Assembly: GCA_963714085.1 (NCBI GenBank)
Contig: OY970229.1
Location: 800,001-864,000 of the forward strand
From: an uncultured Candidatus Micrarchaeota archaeon
GTDB taxonomy: Archaea; Micrarchaeota; Micrarchaeia; Anstonellales; Bilamarchaeaceae
Reading direction: 5' to 3'
Length of the DNA stretch: 64,000 bases
The notes under the pieces are model-generated. The model did no database searches, had not been told where the DNA came from, and saw only the letters and a list, made by a program, of their open reading frames with translations. The translations under genes were made by a program, and so were the position numbers. Each line of letters opens with the position of its first letter. Within the stretch, counting starts at the first letter, position 1. Shown here piece by piece: positions 19,847 through 29,536 of the stretch.

Positions 19847-22096
19847 ATGCGCAATCCAGCCATCCTTATCCTAGCCCTGCTAGCACTGTCGCTGATGTAT
19901 GGCTGCACCGTGACCAGGGCTTACCCCCAGACGCAGCATGAGACGATATCCAGCGTGCAGAAGTACGACTTGGACGGGGACGGCGCGACGGACCTGATGG
20001 TCTACAACTTCTATCCCGTCGCTGCGGACGGCTACAACATAACGAGGCAGGTCACGGTTGCGGTGCACAACGCGGCCAATTACACGTCATTCAAGAACCT
20101 GAGCGACCTAGAGCTGGTGAACATGCGCTCGAGCCTCGACACTGTCTCGAGCGACTCCAGCCTCGAATTCGACGCCTGTGCGGCCAACGCCGGGCTGAAG
20201 CTCGACTGCACGGACGTGAGCACCTGTTCCGCGCTCTGCAAGGGCGCTTACCAGTGCGACGCCCTCTTCAACAAATACGCTGACGCGGTGCCGTCTTCCT
20301 TGGTGGGGTTCGTGAACGACAGGAACCGCATGGACGGGTACTTCTTCCAGGTACGCGACCAGGCCATCGACCAGATAAACGCGTCGCATAGCGGGAAGGA
20401 CGCCTATCTGGCGAACATGCTCGACCTGGTCGGCTCCATGGCCGACGTATACAGCAACCCGATATACAACAACCCGAACCTGCTGCTCTGCACTAGGACG
20501 AATTTCGGGGAAGCCAAGCTCGCGGCTGCGGTCGGCGAGATAGGCGCCTACGATCCCCAGCCCGTGAGCTACGACTATTTCGTCACGCTGGCCGCGCAGG
20601 GCCAGGCCGGCGACACCATAGAGCTCACTGACACCGTGCCCCCGGGGATCCTGGCAACCGAGGCCGACCTGAGTTCCAACCAGATGATAAAGGTCGCGGG
20701 CAGCGGCTCCGCCTACTCAGTGGACTGGCCCTCGGGGCGGACCACGGCTGCCGGCAGCATGCTGGTATACCGCTTCACCTCCACCGAACCGCCCGACGAG
20801 GTGGTCTCGGGCATGCAGTCCCCATCGCTCGTGGTGAACAGGCTCGACCTGAGGATATTCATAGTGCCGAACACGATATTCAATGTCCTCTACAGCATCA
20901 CGGGCAGCTTCTTCATAGCGCTCGCAGTGTCGTTCTCCCTCACGCTCATCATCCTCATGATAGTGGTCAACCTGCTGGTCATCGCCTACAACGTGGCATG
21001 GGCCGAGATGAACAAGCTGGGCGTGATGGCGGGCCTGCGCAAGGCGATCGGCAAGGCAGAGCCCCGCTGGAAGACCGACCTGATAATCGGCATCGTACTG
21101 CTCATCGCCGGATATTACATCGCGGTGTTCGTTGCGCCCGACCCCACTGCACCAAATTCCCTGTTCGGCGCGCTCGACTATTACACCGGGCTCGCGCTCA
21201 CCTTCACCGCGGCGGCCGCGCTGGTGAGCGTGGGCTGCATGTTCATCGGCCTATTCCTCCTCTATACGTCGCTGGAGAACAGGCTGAAGATAATGGTGCT
21301 GGAGAGGATATACGGGATTGCGATAAGGGAGGACAAGGACTTGTTCATCGCCAGGGCTGCCAGCGTCAAGGACAAGATCGTCGAGCTGCAGCAGCTGGTG
21401 GACACATCCTCGAAAGAGGAGTTCGATGTGAGCGCGGAGTACGACATACTGGCGTCCATATCCCCTGAGAGGGTGGACGAGCTGGCCAAGAAGATGACCC
21501 CGGACAGCAAGAAGATGATAGACAAGGACCTGGCGGACGTGGAGAGCGCCATCGAGCGGCTCACGGAGAGGAAGAAGACCGCGGATGCCAGCTGGTCGAA
21601 ATGGGCGGAGCACATAAACGCGCTGCTCGCGGAGCAGGACGAGGTCGACATAAGCGCGCTCATCACGGTGCCCGCCTCCCTCAGGGCATGGTGCCTCTCG
21701 CGCTATGCGAAGGAGCACGCCGCGGAGGGCCTCGTGTTCGAGCACGATGCCATAACCAAGAAGAAGATGACCTCCGAATCGCTCATCGCCGGCATGGTGG
21801 CCCACGGGATGCTCGAGGGCGCCGTGGTCATCCGGAAGGACGAGCTGGCTGCGGCCCACATGGCCAGCGGCGCAGCAACGGTCCCTGCCGCGCTCTCGCT
21901 CAGGCTCAGGAGCTACCTCCGCTCCCTCGCCAAATCCCTCGGCCGGGCCGAGCTCTCGAGCTTCGCCGCGGTCGGCGACAAGCAGGTGCTCGTGATCATG
22001 AAGGACACCGACATGGAGAGCGTCCTTTTCATCCCGCGCGACAAGTTCAAGGACACGATCGACGAGTGGAAGAAGAAGTCCAAGCTGCTGGAGTAG
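19847..22096 (+). CDS. Multi-domain membrane protein: Cys-rich ectodomain, TM helices, coiled coil, C-terminal Roadblock/LC7-like domain
   Basis: Signal/lipobox-like LMYGC, DLDGDGATD, hydrophobic segments, C-terminal LEGAVVIRKD..AA. Confidence 0.6.
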   Translation: MRNPAILILALLALSLMYGCTVTRAYPQTQHETISSVQKYDLDGDGATDLMVYNFYPVAADGYNITRQVTVAVHNAANYTSFKNLSDLELVNMRSSLDTVSSDSSLEFDACAANAGLKLDCTDVSTCSALCKGAYQCDALFNKYADAVPSSLVGFVNDRNRMDGYFFQVRDQAIDQINASHSGKDAYLANMLDLVGSMADVYSNPIYNNPNLLLCTRTNFGEAKLAAAVGEIGAYDPQPVSYDYFVTLAAQGQAGDTIELTDTVPPGILATEADLSSNQMIKVAGSGSAYSVDWPSGRTTAAGSMLVYRFTSTEPPDEVVSGMQSPSLVVNRLDLRIFIVPNTIFNVLYSITGSFFIALAVSFSLTLIILMIVVNLLVIAYNVAWAEMNKLGVMAGLRKAIGKAEPRWKTDLIIGIVLLIAGYYIAVFVAPDPTAPNSLFGALDYYTGLALTFTAAAALVSVGCMFIGLFLLYTSLENRLKIMVLERIYGIAIREDKDLFIARAASVKDKIVELQQLVDTSSKEEFDVSAEYDILASISPERVDELAKKMTPDSKKMIDKDLADVESAIERLTERKKTADASWSKWAEHINALLAEQDEVDISALITVPASLRAWCLSRYAKEHAAEGLVFEHDAITKKKMTSESLIAGMVAHGMLEGAVVIRKDELAAAHMASGAATVPAALSLRLRSYLRSLAKSLGRAELSSFAAVGDKQVLVIMKDTDMESVLFIPRDKFKDTIDEWKKKSKLLE

Positions 22097-22160
22097 TCTT
22101 TCCTGTTTTTAGAAGAGGAGCGGCAGCCTCGCGTAAGCAGGTTGGAGGATGGCTCTTCCT

Positions 22161-25100
22161 TCACTGGGGGTTGAGCTTGTATATCTTGACCATGCCGTCC
22201 TGGGATGCGAAGACCTTGGTGAAGCCCGGCAGCTCGTCCAGGAACAGCGCCTGATAGAGGTTCGAGGAGTAGAACGCGGTCCCCCTGTCGCCGTAGCCCG
22301 AAGTGGCCTGGCCGTTCTCCAGGAACACGGGGTCGTTGGTGTACATGAGCGCCACGCTGTACGCATCGCCCAGATGGTAGGTCTGCGAATAGGATGTCGG
22401 CGATATGAGCTGGGCCTTGTTGAGCTTGAGGTCCCCGTTGGGCTCGGTCTCGTTGAGCAGGTATGTCCCGTAGGTCTTCTGCCCGTTCGCGAGGAGAACC
22501 TCCCCGACGCAGTACATGGGCCTGAGCGTGACCAGGTTCTGGCAGACCGCCAGGGTCTCGGGGTCGTTGAGGTAGTCCCCGTAGCAGTTGAAGCCCATGA
22601 TGTCCGGGTAGGTGGTGCTCAGAAGCGGCTGCACCGACGGGTCCCAGGTCCAGTAGGCCTCGTAGCCTATCACCCCGGTCTGGTTTCCGGCTTTCGATAT
22701 CGTGCAGGTCCTGCCGCTGCTGTCCTTGGGTATGTACACCATCTCCCAGAGGTGCTGCGCCTCGCACTGGGACATGCTCGGTTGGAGCGTGACGTTGGTT
22801 TCGTTCTCCCTGGCGCAGGCGAGGTAGTTAAGCGCGCCGTATTTGCCGCCGAACGGATTGCCGCCCTCTATGAGCTCCATGTCGAAGAGCGCATAGGAGC
22901 TGTTCACGCTGCGCATGAACGTCGCGAGGTCCGCTGGCGTACCGTCGAGGTAGTCATAGGCGACCTCCCCCACCATGAACGGCGATGCGGTCTGGTCGTT
23001 CCTTATGACCGCGGCGCGCTGGCCGAAGAAATTCTCCCAGTGGCCGTAGTCCCACCAGGACGTGATGCGCGAATCGTTCTCGGTGTTGCCCTTGATCCAT
23101 TCCATGGCCTCTATCCAGTACGTAGATACGCGCTCGCACCTGAGGCTCGCGGCCAGCAGCTCTTCGGGCTGGGGGTTCGTGATGTCTGAGATGAGCGAAT
23201 AATAGCAGAGCTTGGTGTCGTACTGGCTGTTCGTGCCCTGGCTGGCGTATGCGACTGGGTCTGCGGCGACCGTGCATATGGACGGGTCGTACACCGTGCA
23301 GAAACCCACTCCGGAATTTCCGTACTGGTCGCAGATCGACTGCTCGCTTACGTTCTCGGCAGTGAAATTGTTGCACATGGACTGGAACTTCGCCTGGAGC
23401 GCTGCGGGGTTGTCCTGGAACCTGGTCGCAGTGAAGAAGGAGACCGTGAGGGCCTTTGCGACGCCCCCTGCGCTGGCTGTGAACTGGAACACGATGAGCA
23501 GGGCGGCGATGAGGACGAATGCGTAGTAGGCGTAGGAGAGGTACTCTTTCTTCTCGTCCTCCTTCTTGGTCATGTCGGAGATGAGCCGGCTTACCAGCTC
23601 ACAGGACTCGGCGAACACGAAACCTATCGCGATCGCGATCAGGAAACCGGCGTATGTAGTGTATTTGGTCTTGAGCAGGCCCACCAGCATGGGCGGGAGG
23701 ACGATGGCGGCGAACATGAGCACTGGCGTCGCCTCGCCTTTGAACATGCGATAGATGGAGTATACGATCATGACGCCGAACAGGAACAGCCACAGCATGA
23801 GCAGGCTGTTGACCTTGCCGTCGTATTGTAGTGCGGTGCCGAAGATCCAGTTAAGGATCCGTATCACCAGGTCGAAGATGGTGTTGACTATGGACGTTAT
23901 GACGTTCATCACGCCGGCTATCGGCGCGGGATACGCCACCGCGATGAAACCGAAGTTGCTGGAGAAATCCGTGCCTGCAGGGGACTGCTCGGCTATGGTG
24001 CGATCGAGGGGTATGTTGAACTGCGCCAGGCCGAGGGCGCTCTTGCCTGTGCTCTTGATAGGGTTGCCTAAAGGTGTGAAGAAGAATAGCAGGACCCCCG
24101 CGACGACCAGTGCGATGAACAGGTTCCGCGCCCGCTTGGCATCCGGAACGTACATGCGGATGGCGTAGAGCGCCCCGCAGACCGCGACTGCGATGGCGAC
24201 CATGGCGGTGTTCCCGAATGATATCCTGCCGTCCCTGAACACGCCCTGTATCACGCCGGAGAATAGGAACACGCCGAACACGAGGATTATGGCGTTGTTG
24301 ATGAGAAGCGTCTTGAGCTCCTCCTTGCAGTCGTCCTTGTTCGTGAGGAATATGAAAAGGGACTGGAGCGGGATGAATACCACCAGCATGATGAGGGGCA
24401 CGATCTCGGAGACGCTGCCGAGGCTGACGGCCATGAATGCGAGGGCCGAGAGGAACGCGAATTTCATGCTCTTGTCCTTGAGCATGTAGACGTACATGAC
24501 CAGGAAGAGCGAGATGGAGAAGAATGCGTAGGGCAGGACGTCCATCTCGCCGGCCACGGTCTTCATCAGGAATATCGGCAGGAATGCGGCGATGCCTGCG
24601 GCGAGGATTCCCCATTCCTTCTTGTAATAGGCCGCCACGAACATGTAGACGAAGAAGACCGCCAATGCGGCGGCTATCGGGGGGTATATCGATGCCAGGT
24701 CTGCCAGGAGCATGTTGTCGTATGCTCCCCCCTGGGTGTACAGCGAGTACCAGATGGCCTCCAGATAAGAGAGTTCCGAGGTCTCCCTATGGTTCGCGAC
24801 CACGTAGGGATACCAGGCGGTCATGTCATTCGGGAAATTGCCCCCGTTCACAATCACCTGCTGGCTGATGTACGTGTAGTAATAGGGGTCCAGCTCCATG
24901 AATACCGGTGAATAGGTGGAAAACCGGACTATGAAGGTCAGCGCCACGATGACAAGGATGAGGAGGGATAGGAGCACCTCGGCCGAGAGGAGCGTGGACG
25001 GCGAGAGCGTGAGGCTGGATGGCAGTTTCAAATCCTCATGGGCCTTGCTCAGCACGAAAGCCGCGATGGCCACCGCATAGAGGAACACCACGGACAAGAG

Positions 25101-25322
25101 CGCGAGGGCGTAGGAGAACTTCACCCCGGCGAGGAAGAACAGCAGGAACGGCGCGATCGGGACGATCACGATGCCGAGGCCGAACCCCAGCAATATCTTC
25201 TCCATGGCGTTGAAGCGCGAGCCGCGAAACAACCCGAACGAGAGTATTGCCCCTGGGAGGAAACACGAAACGAACGCCCAGAACAGCAGTACGTATGGGT
25301 TGAAGGTTACGAGCATCGTCAT
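22161..25322 (-). CDS. aglB: Oligosaccharyltransferase AglB (STT3 family)
   Basis: ELDPYYY, TIAEQ, SWWDYGHW; many TM helices. Confidence 0.93.
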   Translation of the reverse strand: MTMLVTFNPYVLLFWAFVSCFLPGAILSFGLFRGSRFNAMEKILLGFGLGIVIVPIAPFLLFFLAGVKFSYALALLSVVFLYAVAIAAFVLSKAHEDLKLPSSLTLSPSTLLSAEVLLSLLILVIVALTFIVRFSTYSPVFMELDPYYYTYISQQVIVNGGNFPNDMTAWYPYVVANHRETSELSYLEAIWYSLYTQGGAYDNMLLADLASIYPPIAAALAVFFVYMFVAAYYKKEWGILAAGIAAFLPIFLMKTVAGEMDVLPYAFFSISLFLVMYVYMLKDKSMKFAFLSALAFMAVSLGSVSEIVPLIMLVVFIPLQSLFIFLTNKDDCKEELKTLLINNAIILVFGVFLFSGVIQGVFRDGRISFGNTAMVAIAVAVCGALYAIRMYVPDAKRARNLFIALVVAGVLLFFFTPLGNPIKSTGKSALGLAQFNIPLDRTIAEQSPAGTDFSSNFGFIAVAYPAPIAGVMNVITSIVNTIFDLVIRILNWIFGTALQYDGKVNSLLMLWLFLFGVMIVYSIYRMFKGEATPVLMFAAIVLPPMLVGLLKTKYTTYAGFLIAIAIGFVFAESCELVSRLISDMTKKEDEKKEYLSYAYYAFVLIAALLIVFQFTASAGGVAKALTVSFFTATRFQDNPAALQAKFQSMCNNFTAENVSEQSICDQYGNSGVGFCTVYDPSICTVAADPVAYASQGTNSQYDTKLCYYSLISDITNPQPEELLAASLRCERVSTYWIEAMEWIKGNTENDSRITSWWDYGHWENFFGQRAAVIRNDQTASPFMVGEVAYDYLDGTPADLATFMRSVNSSYALFDMELIEGGNPFGGKYGALNYLACARENETNVTLQPSMSQCEAQHLWEMVYIPKDSSGRTCTISKAGNQTGVIGYEAYWTWDPSVQPLLSTTYPDIMGFNCYGDYLNDPETLAVCQNLVTLRPMYCVGEVLLANGQKTYGTYLLNETEPNGDLKLNKAQLISPTSYSQTYHLGDAYSVALMYTNDPVFLENGQATSGYGDRGTAFYSSNLYQALFLDELPGFTKVFASQDGMVKIYKLNPQ

Positions 25323-25341
25323 CCACCATCAGGGGAAGATA

Positions 25342-26430
25342 TTATAAGTATTCCACTGCCGGCTCCTCGGCGTACTTGGACTCCTCATCGGAGGCGCCGA
25401 GTATGTAGGGCGACTTGACGCCGGTGATTATGGCCGTCGCCCTTATCTTCTCGGTGCAGGACGGGTTTATCCTCGCGCCTATCTTCACGTTGGCCACGGA
25501 ATCGAAGGATTCCGTCATCTTCTCGCCGGTCCTTATGGCGTCGCCCAATGTGAGGTCCGGTCCGCCTTCCAGATGTAGCAGGCAGCCCTTGGCCCCCTCG
25601 TAGTTTACATCGAGCAGCGGGTGGGCCAGGGTGTCCTTCACCACGTCGTCCACCTTGTTGTGCCCGACCCCTTCGCCTAGCGAGATGAGGGAGAGGCCTC
25701 CGCCCTGCATGACCGCGCGGACGTCCGCGAAATCCACGTTCATGAGGCTCGGGAACGTGATGGTGTCCGATATGCCGGTCACCGCGCGCGTGGTTATGGA
25801 GTCCGCGAGCTCGAACGCCTTGTTTATGGGGAGGTTCGGGACGTAGGATGCGAGCCTGTTGTTGTCTATGACGACGACGGTGTCGCATTTGGACACCAGC
25901 GCCTGCAGCGATGCCTGGGCTTTCTTGAGCCGCACGCGCTCCAGCGCGAACGGATATGTGACTATGGCGACCACGATGGCGCCCATCTCCTTGGCGAGCT
26001 CGGCCACGATGGGTGCTGCCCCGCCCCCTGTGCCTCCGCCCATGCCCGCGGTGAGGAAGACCAGCTCGTTCTCGCCGATCTCCTTCTTGAGCATGTCGCG
26101 GTCGACCTCAGCGCATTTCTTCGCGAGCTCTATGTCGCCTCCGGCGCCGAGCCCCCTGGTTATGGTCTTTCCGATGAGTATCTTCTTGCCCGCCTTTATC
26201 ATGTTGAGGTGCTTGCCGTCCGTGTTTATGGCCACCGTCCTTGCGCTCTTTATGCCCGACGTGGCGAGCCTGTTTATGCAGTTGCACCCCGCGCCGCCCA
26301 CCCCGAGGCATGCTATCCTCACCGAAGTGGACGAGTCAGGATCAGCGGTCGCCGCCGACACTTCCTTCTCGAGGGCCCGTTGGTTTGCTGGTAAATCCGA
26401 CTTTGCCGCTTTGATAATGTCATCGAACAT
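25342..26430 (-). CDS. ftsZ: Cell division protein FtsZ
   Basis: GVGGAGCN, GLGAGG, GMGGGTGGG, NVDFADV. Confidence 0.97.
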   Translation of the reverse strand: MFDDIIKAAKSDLPANQRALEKEVSAATADPDSSTSVRIACLGVGGAGCNCINRLATSGIKSARTVAINTDGKHLNMIKAGKKILIGKTITRGLGAGGDIELAKKCAEVDRDMLKKEIGENELVFLTAGMGGGTGGGAAPIVAELAKEMGAIVVAIVTYPFALERVRLKKAQASLQALVSKCDTVVVIDNNRLASYVPNLPINKAFELADSITTRAVTGISDTITFPSLMNVDFADVRAVMQGGGLSLISLGEGVGHNKVDDVVKDTLAHPLLDVNYEGAKGCLLHLEGGPDLTLGDAIRTGEKMTESFDSVANVKIGARINPSCTEKIRATAIITGVKSPYILGASDEESKYAEEPAVEYL

Positions 26431-26456
26431 TAGAACACCTATTTCGCATTATCTTA

Positions 26457-26696
26457 GTAAGCGCTTAAAAATTTACCGATAACGTCATAAATTTTTCCTG
26501 AGTTGAAATAGCGACCAGAACTGCCCAAAAAAACTGCAGAAGAGCTCTACAGCATAATAGAGCTCCGTCAAAATCGGGATAACAGAATTGGAGAAAAGAG
26601 TGAAGCAGCTTGAAAAGGAAAACAAAAAGCTGCAATGCCAGCTCGGCAAATTTGTCAACGAGTTTACTCCTTCCGGTTCCGTGCCACCTTACTTAT
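26457..26696 (+). pseudogene. Probable IS66-like remnant (left end plus decayed transposase N-terminus)
   Basis: Starts GTAAGCG (IS66-type terminus); frameshifted reading RPELPKKTAEELY../ITELEKRVKQLEKENKKL...NEFTPSGSVPPYL, cut off at the tnpB element. Confidence 0.4.
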
Positions 26697-28016
26697 AAAG
26701 TGTGTGCCGAGAAAACCCACACCCTTTAGGGGTGGGATAAACACTATAAAGTTCAAGGCACTGGTACGATACGACATTCTCGTCATTGGACAAGAGGTCT
26801 ATTCTCCGCGGAAATACCTCCGCGGAAATGCACTGTGCTGGTTCTTCTTTATAAAGGCCATTTCAATGATTTTATAATGAATCGAGCCTACAAATTCCGT
26901 CTGTATCCGAATAAACTACAACGACAGGAAATGCAAACTCATCTATGGCTCTCTAAAAATCTCTGGAACGATATGCTGGAATTGACTAAGCAGATGTATA
27001 GCCAATACGGGTATTTTGCCTCTACTAAGGCATTGCGGGAAATAGCTAAGAATAGTGGTTTGTTTTCCCAAACAGCACAAGATATAGAGGCGCGGTTGAA
27101 TAAATCCATCTATGGGATGATAGCACGAAGAAAGAGAGGCATAGACGCTGGCTTCCCTCGCTTCAAGAGCATGGATAGGATAAAATCATTGACGTATCCA
27201 CAGGCAGGGTTCTCTCTGACTGGCAAGAAGTTGAAAGTCAGCCCATTCGGGGAAATCAACATCAATCTGCATCGTGAAGTCCTCGGTCGAATCAAGACTT
27301 TGACGCTCAAAAAGGAAGCAGACAAATGGCATGCGATTTTGACTGCAGAATTACCTCCTACGATTCCCAAGCAAAACAACGGCGGAGCAACTGGAATAGA
27401 CCTCGGTCTGATGACTTTCGCAACTCTTTCTAACGGAGAGCAAATAAGAAAGCCAAAGCATTTCAAAAGATACGAGGATAAGTTGGCGGAAGTCCAAATA
27501 AATCTATCCAGAAAGAAACTGAGAAGCAAAGGCAGAAAAAAGGAGAAGCTAATCGTTTCCAAAATCCATGCGAAGATAGCGAATACGAGAAAGGACTGGC
27601 TGCATAAGGCAGCGAATAATCTTCTATCACAATACTCCCTCATAGTGTTTGAAGACCTTGACGTGCTGGGAGTATCATCGGAGCATGGCAAAGGAACGTC
27701 AGACGCAGGATGGAGCATATTCACAAATATAATTTCCTACAAAGCGGAAGAAGCTGGTTGCGAGGTGGTATTTGTGAATCCGAAGAACACTACGAAGGAT
27801 TGCAGCCGTTGTGGAACCTGCGTTCCAAAAGAAGAGCATGAGAGAGTACATAATTGCCCTTCTTGCAGTCTAAGCATGGATAGAGATCTCAACGCTGCAA
27901 TCAATATACTTGCAAGAGCTACCGTCGGGCAGACGGGAAGTAACGCTTGCGGAGATGGCGGTTACGCCGTCTAGGAAACAAGAAGCCCACACCTTTCAAG
28001 GGTGGGAGCATGTCAC
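26697..28016 (+). mobile_element. IS200/IS605-family (IS1341-like, tnpB-only) element 1
   Basis: Left-end hairpin CCCACACCCTTTAGGGGTGGG (~26716-26736); right-end hairpin CCCACACCTTTCAAGGGTGGG ending ...ATGTCAC at 28016; lower GC; left boundary approximate (after TTAT). Confidence 0.85.
26877..27974 (+). CDS. tnpB: RNA-guided endonuclease TnpB
   Basis: AYKFRLYP, GFPRFK, RuvC GIDLG / FEDL / DRDLNAAINI, zinc finger CSRCG..CPSC. Confidence 0.95.
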   Translation: MNRAYKFRLYPNKLQRQEMQTHLWLSKNLWNDMLELTKQMYSQYGYFASTKALREIAKNSGLFSQTAQDIEARLNKSIYGMIARRKRGIDAGFPRFKSMDRIKSLTYPQAGFSLTGKKLKVSPFGEININLHREVLGRIKTLTLKKEADKWHAILTAELPPTIPKQNNGGATGIDLGLMTFATLSNGEQIRKPKHFKRYEDKLAEVQINLSRKKLRSKGRKKEKLIVSKIHAKIANTRKDWLHKAANNLLSQYSLIVFEDLDVLGVSSEHGKGTSDAGWSIFTNIISYKAEEAGCEVVFVNPKNTTKDCSRCGTCVPKEEHERVHNCPSCSLSMDRDLNAAINILARATVGQTGSNACGDGGYAV

Positions 28017-28098
28017 ATAAGGAATAAAAGGATAGCAGATATCACGACGGCGGGACTGCGCCTGCTCGTCTTCATCTAGACGGAGCGGGAATGACGCC

Positions 28099-28884
28099 TC
28101 ACATTCCCAGATAGGGCAGTATGTTAATTATTGTGAGGAGGAGGCATATCACTAAAATTATGAGACCGACGAAGATTTCCGGGTACATGCCGCGGGACAT
28201 TTTTTCGATTACGTTTCGTTCCTCACCAGTACTGATGTACATCGTCTTATTCACATCCCCTTTCCTGAGGATAAGGTTCTCATACCCCACGGTGTTCGAC
28301 AGCCCTTCCGCTGGCTCAATACTCCCCAAGGCAAAGAGCTGGTCGCCATCAACGATGTACGATTCGATAACGCGCATACCCTCGTACGCCGCATCCTGCA
28401 ATTTCTTTTTCCCTGCCTCGTCTAGTGTAGTTATGAATTCCACCACACGTGAATCCATGGTCGTAGGATAGACTCCGCCCGACAACTTGGGTGCGGATAT
28501 ATCTCCTTCGAAGCTGGCGCCTGGGGGGATATCGATATCGGCTCCGGCAGGATCCACGAGCATCTTCCCTGTGCCATCCACCAGATAGAACGGTTTGTGC
28601 GAATCTAGCGTGTAGAAGTTCCGCCAGCCACCTTTTCTTACGAAATATTGCGCTTCGAAACGCCAGTATGCACATTTCACTCCAGTTATCGGACTGCGCA
28701 TCGGATCTCGGCACAATGCTGCGCCGGATAGTTTTACCAGCCCGACTGCAGTTCCCCCTACTTTTGACATAGGAAGCTCTTTGATTTTCTGGATAAAGAG
28801 GAACTGCTTAACCCCAGGTTGGAATAGGACGAAGCCGAAGACGAAGCCTATGAAACATCCTATAAATACAACGAGGTCGGGCAT
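28099..28884 (-). CDS. GIDE-domain membrane protein (paralogue 2)
   Basis: TM-GLVKLSG-SPITGVKCAYW-FYLVDGTGKMLVDP-TM; SD GGTGA before ATG 28884. Confidence 0.75.
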   Translation of the reverse strand: MPDLVVFIGCFIGFVFGFVLFQPGVKQFLFIQKIKELPMSKVGGTAVGLVKLSGAALCRDPMRSPITGVKCAYWRFEAQYFVRKGGWRNFYTLDSHKPFYLVDGTGKMLVDPAGADIDIPPGASFEGDISAPKLSGGVYPTTMDSRVVEFITTLDEAGKKKLQDAAYEGMRVIESYIVDGDQLFALGSIEPAEGLSNTVGYENLILRKGDVNKTMYISTGEERNVIEKMSRGMYPEIFVGLIILVICLLLTIINILPYLGM

Positions 28885-28897
28885 TGGTTCACCAGCA

Positions 28898-29473
28898 TCA
28901 TTTGTCAATATCGACCTGGACGGGTGCCTTCTCCTCCTCCACCGCCCTGAAATATTCGGTCTCGGTGAAGTGGAACATCCCTGCGATGATGCTGTCCGGC
29001 AGTGACTTTATGCGGGTGTTGTAGAGCATGACGGAGTCGTTGTAGAACTCCCGCCGGTCCGCGATCCCGTTCTCCATCTCGGTGAGCTGCTTCTGGAGGT
29101 CGAGGAAATTGTCATCAGCCTTGAGGTCCGGGTACTTCTCCGAGACCGCGAATATCGTCTTGAGCGAGGCGGTTATGGCCTCGCTGTGCTTCGCGGTCTC
29201 CTGCGGGCCATGGGCCGTCATGATGGACGCGCGGAGCGCGGTTATGTCGATTAGCGTCTGCTTCTCGTATTTCATGTAGCCCTTCACGGTCTGCACGAGG
29301 TTGGGTATGAGATCGGACCGCTGCTTCAAAAGGACGTCGATGTTCGCCCAGGCCTTGTCCACGTTGTTGCGCAGGGAGACCAGGCCGTTGTAGACGCTGA
29401 AGAGGTAAAATACGAAAAGCACCAGCAGGCCGAGAATGATGCCGCCGCAGCAGATTAAGCCCTCGAATGCCAT
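28898..29473 (-). CDS. lemA: LemA family protein
   Basis: YNGLV, WANIDVLLKQRSDLIPNLV, EKYPDLKA, RREFYND. Confidence 0.95.
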   Translation of the reverse strand: MAFEGLICCGGIILGLLVLFVFYLFSVYNGLVSLRNNVDKAWANIDVLLKQRSDLIPNLVQTVKGYMKYEKQTLIDITALRASIMTAHGPQETAKHSEAITASLKTIFAVSEKYPDLKADDNFLDLQKQLTEMENGIADRREFYNDSVMLYNTRIKSLPDSIIAGMFHFTETEYFRAVEEEKAPVQVDIDK

Positions 29474-29536
29474 TGGAACCACGTCGCTAGATGCAGATAG
29501 ATTTCGCATAACCCCTAATAAACCTGCCGCAGCCGG

